The notes beneath the pieces are model-generated. The model saw only the letters and a list, made by a program, of their open reading frames with translations, made no database searches and was not told the DNA's origin. Shown here piece after piece: positions 1 to 14,135 of a stretch of 64,000 bases of DNA. Position numbers and translations under genes: made by a program. Numbering within the stretch: position 1 is the first letter of the stretch; each line of letters opens with the position of its first letter. Origin of the DNA: Neoechinorhynchus agilis (lineage: Eukaryota > Animalia > Acanthocephala); NCBI GenBank assembly GCA_051530055.1, contig CM121342.1, positions 16,135,480-16,199,479 on the forward strand, read 5' to 3'.

Positions 1-786
1 AAATATGATTGGCGGAATATTTCCTTTGGCGCAAGCGAAGGCATGAAAATCAAAGATAGAAGTTAGTATCTGGTCCAAAGTGAAAGTTTTTAACCAGGAG
101 GTTACCTTTGATTTCCAGTTGATGAATTTCTTCCTCGAAATCGTATTCCACCACTTCGAAGAAAAAGGTTTTAAAGATTTTAAAAGGGCGCCGTCGAATA
201 CCATTTGTTGTCTGCATCGAGTTGCCACTATTGACTGGAGAGTACTTCAACAAGAAAAACGTCTCCGCAATGTTTAGCTTGATATAGTTGACGCCCATAT
301 CGTGCAACATGTTCGTCTAGGAGTGAATTGTGGGCATACAATTGATTTTGATGGCGCGAATATGACTAACGTACGGCCATATTTACGAAATCGTTTGGTA
401 ATGGAAGCCACCGAAATAAGCTGCTCAGGTCAGCCGATGGAAGGTAATAAAGCCAGTTTAAAATTGCCATTGAAAAGGCGGTAATACTCTTGCTCGAAGG
501 TTCTAGTGAACAACGAGTCCATGAACAGGGGTTTGGCGAACATGTTGCCCGAACGTGTAATATCAGAAGTAAATTAGTGAATCTAAATCCGGGGTGGCAA
601 AACTACCAAAAGAAAGTCTCTTTCCCCCAAAGATGATAATCTAAGACAAAGATTATATATTCACTGAATTGTTTCATTTTAAATGACTTTTTTTTCTGTA
701 TTTTAGTGATACTTGTCGCATCTAACTAGTGCAACCGCCCCTACCACATCTTTAACTTTACTTTATTCTGCATTACTAAGTTGCAC

Positions 787-3700
787 TCAAAAAGATACTG
801 TGCGAGCCATCGATGTTCCCGCATCCCGCGTGCTCGTTTCCTTCATTTCGAGTCCTTGCTGAACCTCTTCATTCGCTTCACCATGTATTATCGGTTTAAT
901 AGCCTTCCAAAATCGCTAAAATGCAAGTCTTGTACGATTAAGCTCTTTGGACAATAGCAGGCGCTCACATCTTCAACCGTGGCTCCTTTGGTCTTCCACA
1001 GTTTATAAACAACGTACAGCGGAATAACTAACATGGGAATGATTATCATCAAACCCGATATAATCCTGGTGTGCAGAGGAAGTTCACTTAGCTTAAGTCC
1101 CCGAACAATAATTGCATCATTAACAAGGGCCTGGATTTGCGTAACCAACATCGCCTAAAACGAAATTTCGGGTTTCACTTAATCAGTCAATTATTTTTAA
1201 ATGGCGTAGGAAAGTAAGTGATGCTCAAATACGTCTATGGAAAAATACCTATAGGTGAATGGAAGGAACTAATGGACTGCTAAAGGTACAAGAACAATTG
1301 AATTGCTCAATCCGGCTCAGGCGAAATGTAGTGCAAGTAATGACGGGAAAAACGCAATCGCGAATTACAAAGATCTCAAATTGCTTTTATTTTTTCATTC
1401 TTGCGATGTACACAAGTCAGGTTTAGGTGCTTAAACAGTTTAAAACTTTATATGTTGTCTTATTGTTTAAAAAACGAGATTAAAAATGGTTGTTGAAAAT
1501 GATCTTACCTAAACCTATGACAGCGCCTACTATTAAAAATTCAACGTTAATTAAAAAAAATTACTGACCGTCAGAGCAACTGGTGAGATTACAGTCCATG
1601 TAAATCGTAGCAGAAATCCTGGTCGATTGTTCATCATGCTGTACATATCGTCTGCCATTTTGCTTGACCCTTAAATTCTTCACTAGAGTGCAACTAAGCA
1701 AAGCAGCGATTACCATATGCCCAAGCGACAGCTAAGCATTCGACCAATAAAATCAATAAAATTGACGGACTGACGGAAAGTTCGTTCATAAGATCTATCA
1801 CATAAGGTCCTCCCTTTGCAGTAAATTGAATGGCTACTTCTTTAAGAACAGTTAAATAAACTTACGTTCGTACATGTTGGTAGTGCACCTATGAAGCAAA
1901 TCAATAGAACGATCGCAACTAATAGTTCCCTGTATTTTCGAAATACAACTGGATACTCATCACAAAGCCCGGTGATGATTGATTCCAAACCAGCGAACTA
2001 TTAAGGGAAAATAATACATTTTCGGCTGTCCATAGCATATATTACAGTACTGTCCAATCCGAGGGTAACTAGCATGAAAAAGAACATTAGTGCCCAAAAA
2101 GTAGATCCTTTCATAAGTGCCACGACATGCGGGTATACGATGAACACGATTTCAGAACCTGGATCCGGAATTTGAGTTAAGAGTATTCTTGGGTGCACCA
2201 AAACCTTTATCTTGAATAACATCCATAACGGAAGTTCCTGATATTTTCGCCATATGACCGAGGGTGGAAAAAACAACAAATCCTGATAGAATACTCGTGA
2301 GGCAATTGATAATACTTGTCAACAGAGCGTCTCTAAATGAATTTCATACGGTTTTAGCACCTAAAGAACCACTATACCTGAAGCAATTGTTATCCATTCT
2401 GTTGTAGCTAGATAATGCCAGTAACGTCCCGAATCCAGGGCCCAATGAGAAACATATCTGAGTTGCAGCATCGTTCCATATCTAAAGAGGCGAATTTTTA
2501 CCGCCATCTTCTACAAAACTCTGGAAACTAATGAACTAGTGATCCATATCATTATGTTCAATACTTTACGGATGCGTCCTGCGGGTCGCAATCTATTAAT
2601 ACTTTTTTCGATTTCAGCATTAATTAATCCAGTGACTTGAATTTAGTCTCGCCGAAGACTCATCGTAGAATTCACTCACCCTGAAGTTTTTCAGGAGCTT
2701 CAAGTCCGGTTTCAAATAAAATTTAATTCCAAGCATAGCTCCATCGAGTGTAACACCGCGGACAAGGAGGATGAAGAGTGCAATGTATGGTGCTATTGCG
2801 GTCACCCATACGAACTATGAGAGAATTTTTCTGGATATACACATAATTTTAAATATCCTACGTACCTTTCCGCTGCTTTTAACACCTTTCCAAAGAGCAA
2901 AATATGTCAAGACGAAGACAAATAATAAGCAAAGGCACAATTCCCATTTCAAGTGACCGAGGTTGCTAAAGTTATTTTGCGGTCCAATAGCCTGGACTTG
3001 TTTTCTAAATTACAACCATGTTTTACACTCTATGTCCCTCATAAATTACACGATTATTGAACGAAGCATTCACAAATTAAAATCCTATTTCAGCATACAA
3101 AACACGGTGGCAACACTGTCTTTATAGTATAAAATGATGGATTAGTCTATTGGAAATTCGTTCATTTATATTTCTTTATATAATGTCCTGTAAGATTATG
3201 TCTTTTTAATGCGAATTTCTAACAATAAATTTAAGCAAATTACAAGATAAATTTTAATTGCTTTAGCATAGGACGCTAATTATTTTCCAGCAGATTAAAA
3301 AGTATGTAGCGAGTAAACTCGATTATGGGGCGAACAAGTTATCCAATGGGAAAATCGATCACAATCCTTAACTCCTTCTTTTGACTCTGAAACAATGGTT
3401 GTACTAACTGAAAAAATTCTGTTGTGGAAAGGATGTACTTTGAACAATTGGGCATCTGAATTTGTTTCGTCCAATTAACTAGTGGAATCAATTCGCTTTG
3501 GCTGATCGCCGAATCGCTAATATTGTTTCTAGTTGAATACATTGCCACATCTGCATCCAAGCAACATTGACTATTCCACTCGTGTCCGCACCTTTTCCAG
3601 GGTACTTCCGATCGAAAAGAAGAGAAAAAATAATAAACCGCCCAAGATATAATTGTGTTGTAGTACATTGCCATCATAAAGTTGATCAGTACAGTTGCCG

Positions 3701-4556
3701 GTCCAATTCCTAAGGCGAAGTATCATTTGCACATACTTCAGCGAGATGATTTTCAAAAAGCAATGTTACTAATCTATAGAATTAGTATATTGTGTATTTA
3801 AGCAGATTATAACGACAGAAAATCAAATCTTTCTATCAAATGGATTTATTCGCATAGTATTTACGTCAATAGCGAATAATTGTAAGCAGTTGGATTTAAA
3901 TGAACCGCAAACCTAAGAATCACCATTAATAAGGTCTATTTGTGTTGTAAAATGATTCGAATGAAACATTTCTGGTGTTTGGAGGCTTAATTTCGAACGG
4001 CTACTTTCGCTTCACATTGCGAAAACACCCGTTAAATTTAAATTATATGATTTCTTAAATCTAAGTAGTTTAACCTCCCCCTGTTTGTAAAAGATACCAT
4101 AGTAAGCCACATAAAAGCATGATGCGTGTCACGATGCCACTTACCTTTAACTATTGGACAAATGTATCTCCAAACGGTAAATACTCCAGTTCTATGGAAC
4201 TGTCCTAGAGCGAGTTCCAAGTAGAATAGTGGAAATCCGACGAGGATTAACATGATGAAATAAGGAATGAAAAATGCTCCGCCACCGGATTGGTAGACGA
4301 CACTCGGGAATCGCCAAACATTCCCTAGGTCCACCGAAAATCCGATGATCGCAAGCAGGAACTCGGCTTTTCGGTCCCATTGTTCCCTGGTGCTTCTTCT
4401 TCGATATTGGAGTAGGAGATTAACGGGCGATTGACTGCCCCGTTTATTAGGTTTCTGCTTTGGCGTCGGGCATCGAAGATGGTGTGCATCCGTTTGATCT
4501 AATGAGAAACTTAAATCTTCTGATATTGAGTCTTCTATGACTACAAGTCGCTCCAT
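787..4556 (-). CDS. SLC6A4: Sodium-dependent serotonin transporter (SLC6 monoamine transporter, SERT-like), 11 coding exons
   Basis: TM1 [13 protein letters not shown] with the monoamine Asp and SERT-type Gly; GQFHRTG; TM3 YYN; [10 protein letters not shown]; TM8 GLDSTFAGLES (SERT-type). All ten introns traced are GT-AG. Stop TGA at 789-787, AATAAA about 20 nt downstream. An extra 5' exon is possible. Confidence 0.9.
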
Positions 4557-7446
4557 GACTTGGCTGATGCCGGTACGCTTGAAGTTGTAACATTATAAAG
4601 AATCCAGCTATCCCACAATGTGCAAACTGGGCTTAATCATTCGCAGGATGAGGATGTAGATGTTTGCACTAAAGAATGTAGTGCAAGTTGTCCCGGGTTT
4701 TCGTCGTTGACTAAAAGAGCCGTATTGCGCTTTTCTAATCTTTAACGCAATTTCAATACAAGGTTCATATCCAGGGTAAGAATAAGCATTCTTGTAGTAT
4801 AATACTATGGAGATTGAATGATTTGAAATTGTTTCTCGCAATTTTTGATTCGGTTGTAATGTGAACAACAATCCATCGTTGTTTTCTTGTTTTCTGCGAA
4901 TTGGACTTCTTTTATCTGTGTTCAAGAAAAGTATTAAATTTTGTGTTTATGTCTGGCTAGCCGGTTACAGTTATTTTGTGTGGGTGGTAGCGTGCCCAAG
5001 GAAAATGATCAGCCGAGAAAAAGGCTTCCACTTTAAAAAAGTATTAACATTCGATTATTAAAGGATTGCGCAAGTTATTGCATTGAGTTCGAGAACTAGT
5101 CATGGGTTTCAGAAATCCAACTCTGCTTTCCCGTGGCAGTAACTGGGAAACACTAAAGTTGGGAACTACCTAGCAGAAATATGCTGGTTGAGACTACGAG
5201 GGATCTTCGAAACTACGGTTGCCGGGTACGTCTATTTGAAAACCCGGAACTTTAGTGGGCTAAAGGGCTCTGGTTTAAGTACTCAATTAGCGATGGAAGG
5301 CTATACCACGCGGAGGGTACAGCACGGCGGACACCGGCAGATTGGGACCCCGGTGACCGCTGCAACCGTCAATCCTTATCATCGTTTCATCCTCTAGTTT
5401 TGCCATGGACCTTGTGGATTTACGGCCAAGCAATTGGATCCGGGATGACGCCAAAAGATCTCAGAAAAACGCGCTTGAATGCTTAGAGTCCTCATCCCCT
5501 ATTTTTTTATGAATGGAAAGCAATATAATAAACCAAGATATGGCCAGGGCGTCCCAGGGATGCGACGCAACACATCATCCCCGGGCGGGTTTAGAAATAT
5601 GCAAGGGGTATAACGAAGATGTCTAAATAAGATAGTTGGAAACTATAAACTGAAGAAAGAAGGAAAGGTAGACTGAAGACTATCTATCAAACATGAGGAA
5701 CAATTCAGTGCCCCAATTTCTGAGAATGTTCCGAGTCCAAATTGGATTAATTTAGCATTCAATTCTCGAATTCGAGGCGGCCAACGACGACTTAGTCATG
5801 AATTAAAAAATTGGAGTTCAATACGGTTTCCTGTTTTAAAATTCAAGCAAGAAAATGGTTTAGGGAATAAATATTTCGCGCGAATTCGTTTATGAAACAA
5901 TGAATTTTAGGCCCAATCATTCCGCCGCTTTTATGAACCAAGAATGTTCGGAATTGCTGAGAGCTAAGACCCATTCGTGAATAAACTTGTAATACTTACA
6001 TTTTTGGCATTTTGACACCCCGAGGACACTTCCTATTCTTGGCACAGAATATTTGAATGTTGCAGATGGAAATTAATCTTAGTCATTCAAGAATTATGTT
6101 CTTAAGGGCAACAAAAAACGTACTGAAAAGTATACTTTGCGCAATTGAGAAAGTTGGTTCATAAACTCAAGCCGCATAATTTTAGGATTCATGCTTACCC
6201 AAACTGGAATCGGAATTTAAGATTTATTATAAGATTTACATTTGTTTGCGGTGTTCAATTATCATGTGCTTAATGATTTTTCATTGAAAAGGAAAAGAGA
6301 TTTGCATGCTTTCTAGAAATTAACATCCACTTTTCAGCCGTCGGAAACACTAGCAAATAAATCTCAATGAGGCACCATAAAATGTGTGTTGCTCTATTTC
6401 AAGATCGTTGAAGGTCGTCATATGTGTTCAGGTTTTAGTATATTTATTGCACAGCAGCTTATACTCTAAATATAACTTTTTCATTAACTAATAAAGGTTG
6501 CAATTTATTAGCAGATTACTGGAAATTACTGCATAGATCGGAAATAACAAAACACCATTTCCAACGGAGCTTTGAGCGTTCTAAATTTTAAATTAATTAG
6601 AATTATTAAGAATTTAATGTTAATAAAATTTTATTGTTTTGCAATAATCAATTGGAGACGTAGATTCTATATTGCTATCAGACGCTCAGATCTCGGGAAT
6701 CAATTCTACTCTGTTGTCCCAAAGCACAATTACGAATCGTGAATTTATCGTCCAATAGTAGTCGATCTTTTCATTAGGAGCGCAGATTGAAATCATATTA
6801 AATATTTAAAGCACGATGCTGATTAACTGTTATAAAAGCTACATTGGTTATAAGAAAATATATAGAAAGTCCATGATGTGTCATCTTTGAACCGCTCATT
6901 CATATCACTAAATTCAAACGCAATTTTCTAGGTATAGGACAATAATTTCGTCATTAGTTGGATACATATATTGGTATTTTCTTATTTGAGTGATTCACAA
7001 TATGATAGCACGTTGTTTGCTGTTCTCATTTTCTACATCGAATAAGAAACGTTCTCTCATCATTAGTGCTTTTCATTTTTAAACCCAAATATTACTTTTA
7101 ATCATCAAGAGAAAATCCCTCGTGATGGTAAAAATAAAACATATTTCAATTCGATAAAATGTGTTTTAACCGAGTTATGATCACTAGAATTCTAATTATT
7201 TTTAATGTGGTGTTCCTCCCAATGCATTCTACTTTGATTATCAACGAATAGACTTATCGTGCTTCATCTAGACGTCGAACATACTGATTTTGTGATCGAT
7301 AGTCGATCGGCGCTTTGATGCTTTACGACTCTATGGATTGCAATCTGAATTCACGAGAAAGTGCATTTTTATGTTAAAATCATTAAAATGCTGGGACTTA
7401 GTGTGCGTACAATGCACACTAAAATGTCAATATGTGTAGTACCGAA

Positions 7447-7632
7447 GTACATGATTAGAGGTATTATTTAAGTTTTCACCCGGTAAATAATTTTTTATTA
7501 AATACGTTTCGAACTTCGTTGGATTCATCATCAGTTAACTAACAAACTCATGATGAACACGACAAAGTTCGATACATTTTTTAATAAAAGGTTATTTACC
7601 GGGTGAAGACCTAAATAACATTTTTAATGTAC
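7447..7632. repeat. Imperfect palindromic (foldback) element with hammerhead-like core in each arm
   Basis: Arms GTACATGATTAGAGGTATTATTTAAGTTTTCACCCGGTAAATAA... and ...TTATTTACCGGGTGAAGACCTAAATAACATTTTTTAATGTAC are approximate reverse complements. The minus strand of the left arm reads CTGATGA-T-GAAT-CCAACGAA-GTTC-GAAA-CG-TA. Confidence 0.8.
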
Positions 7633-7916
7633 ATTAAGAAATAAATTTCCTAAGGAAAAGATTTTGAAAACAAATAGAAAAATTTAATACCTATATTTTT
7701 AAGGAATATCTTTCAATTTTTTACAGACTTATATTTCCGGTTTTGCTGTGCACACGATTAGAGTGGACATAACATTGACATTTTACATTAGTCGCCACTT
7801 TTCATAAAAAAATTCAAATTGACTTCGTCTTATGCCAAGTAAGTGCTTCCTACAAATCTCTAAGTTCGCTTCACAACGTTCTTTGTTCTATGAGGTCTAT
7901 TTACGATGTACTAAAT

Positions 7917-8915
7917 TTAAACTTCTCGAATATTCATCCTTTTTTGTTTTTGTCGTTGATTGCAAAACCATATTCTCACAGTGTCTTTAGGAAGACCAAG
8001 ATTCTTTGCAATCATTGTAATGTCCTCAGTATTAGGCTTATTATTACCATGAAAAATCATTTCCAGTGATTTCTTTTCTTCAGTTCCAATCGGTGTTCGT
8101 TTTCGTTTTTTCGAATTCTCACCGTATCCCCGATTTCCTCCAAACCCATATTCATCGTTTTCAGCTTCCAATTTGCTTGCGCCTTCTTTTTCTGCCCAGA
8201 TCAAAAAATGATGCAAAACTGGTCTAAGATATTCCATATTTTGTATACTTAATGTCTGAGACTCGAATCGACAAATTGTACTTTGACTTAGTCTCGAGAA
8301 TCCCGGAATTCCTAGGCGATTTAACTGTTTTCCAGCCAATTCTTGTGTAATTCCTAAACGTGTACGTCTTGCCTTAAAATCAGTTGCGAATTTTCTCAGA
8401 TCTTCTTTTCGGTCAGCATCGCTCATTAATTTCGGTTCAAAATCTGAGATGAAGTTGGAGAATGTGCACTGTTGATTAGCCGCAGTGAATCCATGAGCCG
8501 GTATATGAACGTAGTCATGTGCATCACTTATTTGAGGATTATGAAAGCTGTAGAGGTTCAGATCAGTAAATGCGCTGGATCCTTGACTGTTCAAACAACT
8601 TCTGGTCGTTTGCGGCTGATTGGAAGGAAATTGCTGGGTTTGACCTGCTACGCCTGATTGCACAATTGGTAGATGCATTCCAACGTGGGGATGATATAAA
8701 TGCTCATAGCTAAACGCCGGTACTGTCACAACCCTGTACGGATCCACAAAATTTTGCTGGTGATTTTGATATAGATGTTGGTAGGGGTAGCTATTAACGA
8801 TGGAAGTGTCAAATCCATAAATATTATGATCCCCATGCGCAAGTGGATGTTGCTGCTGGTGGCGATATTGGTCGAATGTGGTGTTTTGTTGTGCCGGCTG
8901 TAGTCCCACGAAAGC
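7917..8915 (-). CDS. POU4F: POU class IV (Brn3/unc-86/acj6-like) homeodomain transcription factor, main exon
   Basis: POU-specific LSQSTICRFES and homeodomain KKRKRT...VRIWFCNQRQKQKRM (class IV signature). A TTTTAG acceptor precedes 8915; the start codon exon was not identified. Confidence 0.88.
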   Translation of the reverse strand, partial: AFVGLQPAQQNTTFDQYRHQQQHPLAHGDHNIYGFDTSIVNSYPYQHLYQNHQQNFVDPYRVVTVPAFSYEHLYHPHVGMHLPIVQSGVAGQTQQFPSNQPQTTRSCLNSQGSSAFTDLNLYSFHNPQISDAHDYVHIPAHGFTAANQQCTFSNFISDFEPKLMSDADRKEDLRKFATDFKARRTRLGITQELAGKQLNRLGIPGFSRLSQSTICRFESQTLSIQNMEYLRPVLHHFLIWAEKEGASKLEAENDEYGFGGNRGYGENSKKRKRTPIGTEEKKSLEMIFHGNNKPNTEDITMIAKNLGLPKDTVRIWFCNQRQKQKRMNIREV

Positions 8916-11900
8916 CTAAAAGTACGAGTGCAAAGTGAGATTTGAAGCATAATTCAATTACGACATAACATAGTAAATATTTTATGAGCCGCAGTGCTAC
9001 CGTCCGCTTTCGCTTTATGGATGCAGACGGCTGTTTTGGCAGGTTAAGTGCGCCAATGGATCTAATTCGCAAGGGGATTACGAAAGCCGCAACCCGGATA
9101 ACGACCCATCGTCGGTTGAAAAAAATGTGCAGTTTGGGAATGAACGTGAAAATTATCGGCATATGCACAGTACAATTCCCTTTAGATTAATGAGCTTAAT
9201 GATTAGAACCGTTGGCTAATGTGCAACTATAAAAAATTTAAGAGCTAAAAATATGTATAAATATTAGAATATTCAAAAGATCGAATATTTAAATCTAAGA
9301 ATCATTATGTACCTGCTCTACTGTTTGATTAAAATATTCATCGTTCTGCATACAATCCGTTGGACGCTTCATAATCAAGTTGTTCTAAAAGTGTTTCTAG
9401 TCAGGGAAGGGGGTGTTCTTGTGCTGCTGTGTGCGTTATGCAGGAAGGAGATGGATATTCTATAGGTAGTAGGCTTTATTTTCCTCTGTTGCCGCCAAAT
9501 CACAACACGATTGGCTGCGCTGAGGTACAAAAGCCAAAATAGGAGAACCGGCAAAAGCAGAATGTAATTGCTTGCTGATAGGAGTGTGGTATTTATGAGG
9601 ACGTAGTCAAGTGCTTTATGTCAGCGGGACGTGTGAAATGCGGCTTTAATGGTAGGTAACATTGGCGGACCAACCAGCTTCTTTGAAAGCTACGTTCTAA
9701 AAATATGAGATTGAGAAAAGTGATGAAACCGCACCTGACGACACAAAAATAGTAATTAGGTTTAATTGGCAGGTATGCACGGTGTTTAGACCAATAGAAA
9801 AATTTCCCAACATTTTTCTAGGCACTAAACTACCTTATTACAACGTACTCACCTAATCTATGAACAATTATTTAAGTAGGGTAACTCGCTCCCATAAAGT
9901 ATTAATTTTTTGATATCATTTAATTACATCAAAACAACTCTGAAACCGTTCATTAAAAATCATCGTGTATTTTTTGCATTGTTGTCAGTTTTTTCAAAGG
10001 AAATGTTAAGTCTTCAGAATCAAATATTTTACTGTGGCTCTTCAGACCATTGAATCATTTTACGGTCACAGAAAGCTTACATTTTTTAATTACAAAACAT
10101 TTTGTTCTCAATTATTTCTTGTAAAGGTTCACAGCTAAGAATGCATTGTACTGCATTTTTATATTTTTCAAGTGATTTCCATTTAAAGCGCATTAAATAT
10201 TTATTCGTTCTCCGCATCTGTACTTAACCATATAAGATATTTTATTAATAAACTAAATTGAAATTCCCACGCGTACTAATTCAAGGCATAAGCTCATTTT
10301 TATCATATTTACCTGTCTTATGAGCATTCATGCTTTTTTTTATTGTGCAGGAATATGTAATTTTAGGCTTAGCGGCTCTTTTATTTTTATCGCTCTCCAA
10401 TTTTGCTCAATTATGGATATTTCCTGGTATAACTTAGGCTGTAATTAAAGCAAAGCGCTGTCGTATGATCAGATAAGCCGATCACGCCTCTAAATTGATA
10501 GATTGGTTTTTTTGTGGATGTAATTTGCATGTAGGTCGATATTTTTTGAAAAAAGAATTCGGTGCGTCGATTTTATCAAAGTCGACGCTAACGATATTGC
10601 ACGAGTTTGTTTTAACACTACCAATTGTGTTAGATAATCATTACAAATGACCGCGATGTTAAAAGAGCGATTATTACAATGGCGGCTAGACATGCAGGTA
10701 AAATTGAAGATCAAAGGTTGTGATCCGATTGTATTAGTGATGATGAAAAAGAAAAAGTTATGCTTAAACTACTAGTCACAAACGGGGGTCAGATTGGGTT
10801 ATAGGAATGCTATTCCGTTAAATCTTCCTTTTAAATAATTGATTCGTATTTTAATAGGTAGATAAATTGCAACCAATCACCTCTGTATATTTCATTAAGT
10901 TTTGACTGGAAATAAGTATTTTTTACCATGAACGTTAATGATGCGCAGCCACAGTGAATGAGGATTATCTTGAAATTCCGATTTGTATTCACTTGACTTC
11001 CTTTGATCATTCAGCTGCGTTTATCAATAATTCACGCTGCAGTAACACTTCATCTAGGTCGAGCTAATTATCATCGGGACCAATGAAATTTCGTGATAGC
11101 CGACAGTGGATTATATACCGCAAGTCACACCTTCTTTTCGGGAAATCAAAGGTACCTTCAGTGGCGTGAGTTACCGGTATCTCGTTATACTTGTTATCTC
11201 ATTTTGAAGGAAAAGTTAGTTTGTGAATCGACAAGAGGCGATTAACTATTTATTCTTCGAAAAAAATCGCATAACGCTGCAAATTATAATCTTTCCTTTA
11301 CCACAGTGAATGAAACCTATTGAAAATGCACAATTTAGAGCTGAATAAAAATATTCCTTAAGATGATTGAATTTTTTGTTAACTTCGAAAATTTTTACGC
11401 TTTGGTAAATTTAAATAATTTCAAGCAATTTTTGTAGTTTTGTAACACGCAGATGTCAAAAATAAGAATACTTGTGTTTTTCAACTTGTAATGGTCGAAC
11501 AAGAAAAAATAAATACCTACTAGCTATAATCGCAAAACACAAAACCTATAAATTATGGATAATAATACTAAGCATACCGCAGGAACCAACCGTCACATAT
11601 ATTTTTGGTTTTAGCAATCGACAAAAAATATACACAAATTAATTTTCATAATTTATAATAACACATTTTATTAGTTAAAGTATAATTAGGGCAAGCATGT
11701 ATCTTTGGGTCTTTCAGTTTTACGATTGTTGCTAATAGTTATTTATTTTTCTTGTTCGACCATTACAAGTTGAAAAACACAAGTATTCTAATTTTTCTGG
11801 CATCTACGTGTTCATATTTCAATTTACCAAAGCATATTTTTGGGAAGGTAATAAAAATTCAATCCACTCAGGAAACTTTTTGCGTTGAATGGAGGAAACT

Positions 11901-12899
11901 CACTGATCAGTTCCGAGTACTCTTGGTATCTGAAGATCCTGAAGGATCTATAAAACTCGTAACTGTATGTTTAAGGGTCTAAGCGTCTCAATCAGACCCA
12001 GATCGGTGGGCTACGTGACCAAGGAAAATTATCAATCGTGTAGGGGATGTTCACAACATTTAGAGAAAAAATGAAACTAAATAGCGAGGCATAAGATAAG
12101 ACTAAAACTTAATGTTCAGCTTTGAGTGACAGTGCTACCGTTTGTAAGTCTTCTCCTTACTTTGAATATGTGATTTAAAAAGCAATTGCATTTATTGTTT
12201 CACAAATTGTTGAGAATCAGTCCGCTATATATTTTAAATCAAAGAACATTCATGATATTGAAATCGCAACCTTATCTTTTGAGCATTGAATTATATTCAA
12301 TTATCAGTGCGCCATTTGGGGGCATAAAAGACGTTAAGCAATATATTTTTATCCATGACCTCTCAAATACTTTGTTATATGCCTATCAGCTTCCAAAAAA
12401 GCGTAAAGTGAACTCAAAGGGAATGCATCCAGATGGAATAAAAATGGAATCTTCTTAGCATTTCGTAAAAGAAGAAAAGTACAACTTAACACTATAATTT
12501 ATTGTTCAACTATTTATTTGCAATTGGCTTCGTCGGTGGCATTGAATCCTGTAGCTATACATTTCATGCTTTAATGTGAACTTTTATATACTCTTTTCAT
12601 ACTCTCAAGAAAAATACTCGTAGGAAAGCGCATTACTGACCTTGTTAGAAGAGTGACAACATGTTCTGACACCGACCAATTTGCATTTTAGAAATTTAAA
12701 AGGCATCATTACGCTTTCGGTATGTCAAGAGATCTACCAAAAATGCGAGTACGAGTTTTGTATAAATCCATGAGGCATGCCTCATACAATTTTTAAAAAC
12801 GAAAAGTAATCATATAGATTATTATCGTTATATTTTCCGTAAAATTTGCTTCGAGTAAGACGTACTTACGGTTGTTATTCGTATTAATTTCTTACAAGC

Positions 12900-13960
12900 C
12901 ATTTTACAATTTATAAAAGTTCTGGTGGGAACGGATGAGCATCTTTATCTTTCATTGCCTCGAGGATGGATCCAGCATTTCCTTTCTGAATCACACAACT
13001 GATTCTCCGGTAAAAAATAGTTGGATATACAGGGTGTTGTTGGGGCCAACCATTTTCCAAGGTTAAAAATTCTGTGGTGCTTTGTTCGAGGGTACGAATT
13101 GTCTCAATGGCGAGAGATCTTGAAAAATGTAGAGCGATGGATCGAGGCATTTGTATTTCTCGCCACTTTACAAGCTACTGAAACTGTAGGGGACAAATCG
13201 CTCTTAGCAGTCGCATTCGGGCAGGTAAAGTCCCGCACTAGAAGGCGGCACCCGTCGTTTCTACTTAAACCGATCGGCTTCAGAAGAGATGGAATGCCTG
13301 CCATTGCCAATGTGGCGATTGTGCCTTGCTATCGTTTTGGGCCACCGAACCAGTGGGTTTCTGTGTTTTCCGTTTTTGCACCGTACTTGCATGTCGCAGG
13401 GCATGAGTAAGCTTCGGCTATGTCACCCATTTTAGAACCAAACTACGAAATTGGTAAAGGGTTAAGAAAACTACCGAACCATTTGTTACGGTCGCGAGTG
13501 GGCGTGCTTGTTCTTTGGGGTTGGGACAGGAACCAATCAGGTTTCGGAATTCCTTCTGAGATCAATGGGTTGACTTACGTCGTTGTGTTGATGTATCCGT
13601 TGGGAAAGGCAGTTCGAGTTCTTTACTCCATATTTCTTGTGGGATTCGGTAAGATTAGTCATAAATTAATGATCGGTCGCATAGGAATGCTGGTAACATT
13701 TGAGCTGTCAAGCGAAGTGTTCGGGAAGCAGATGAACCAAAGGTTGGGATTGCCATTTCTTTTGCGCACGCCACTTTGAGTCGGAAAGTTCAAGATGCGA
13801 AATTCCAGTCATTATGCGGCCGATCTCTTTGTCAAACGCGGCAAGGGTTTCGATTTGGAAGCACCGTTCACAGTGGAGAAGGAGATTCATTTCGGTAGGG
13901 CATGGCAGCGTCGAAGGATAAAGAAGTAGGCGTATTGTTTCGCCAATTTTAGCAGCTTCT
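12900..13960 (-). mobile_element. Degenerate 5'-truncated CRE-clade non-LTR retrotransposon fragment
   Basis: Broken frames encode AFDKEI..., AGIPSLLKPIGLSRNDG, RDFTCP and FYRRISCVIQKGNAGSIL, matching the C-terminal restriction-like endonuclease region of the other CRE copies here. Boundaries approximate. Confidence 0.7.
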
Positions 13961-14135
13961 CTGCTACATCACTTAGTTGATTTATCGCTGATTTTACTGA
14001 ATTATCGAAGTTGGATTTGCCGTATTTTATTCAATACTGTCTTGATGTCAAAATCCCCCGCGAGCTTTATCGACAGTGAAATCCAGTTGCCACTATCGCA
14101 CACAAAAACATGCATAATCGTTGTTTATTTGTCGA

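Noticed and set aside
277-543. Minus-strand frame with a single in-frame TGA (possible selenocysteine)
   Set aside because: No recognisable selenoprotein motif or SECIS; could be chance or a decayed element.
2159-2204. SERT intron with AGGTT repeated at both junctions, resembling an introner gain
   Set aside because: Ends are GT-AG, no TIR is evident, and from recall a phase-1 intron at this Gly is common in SLC6 genes.
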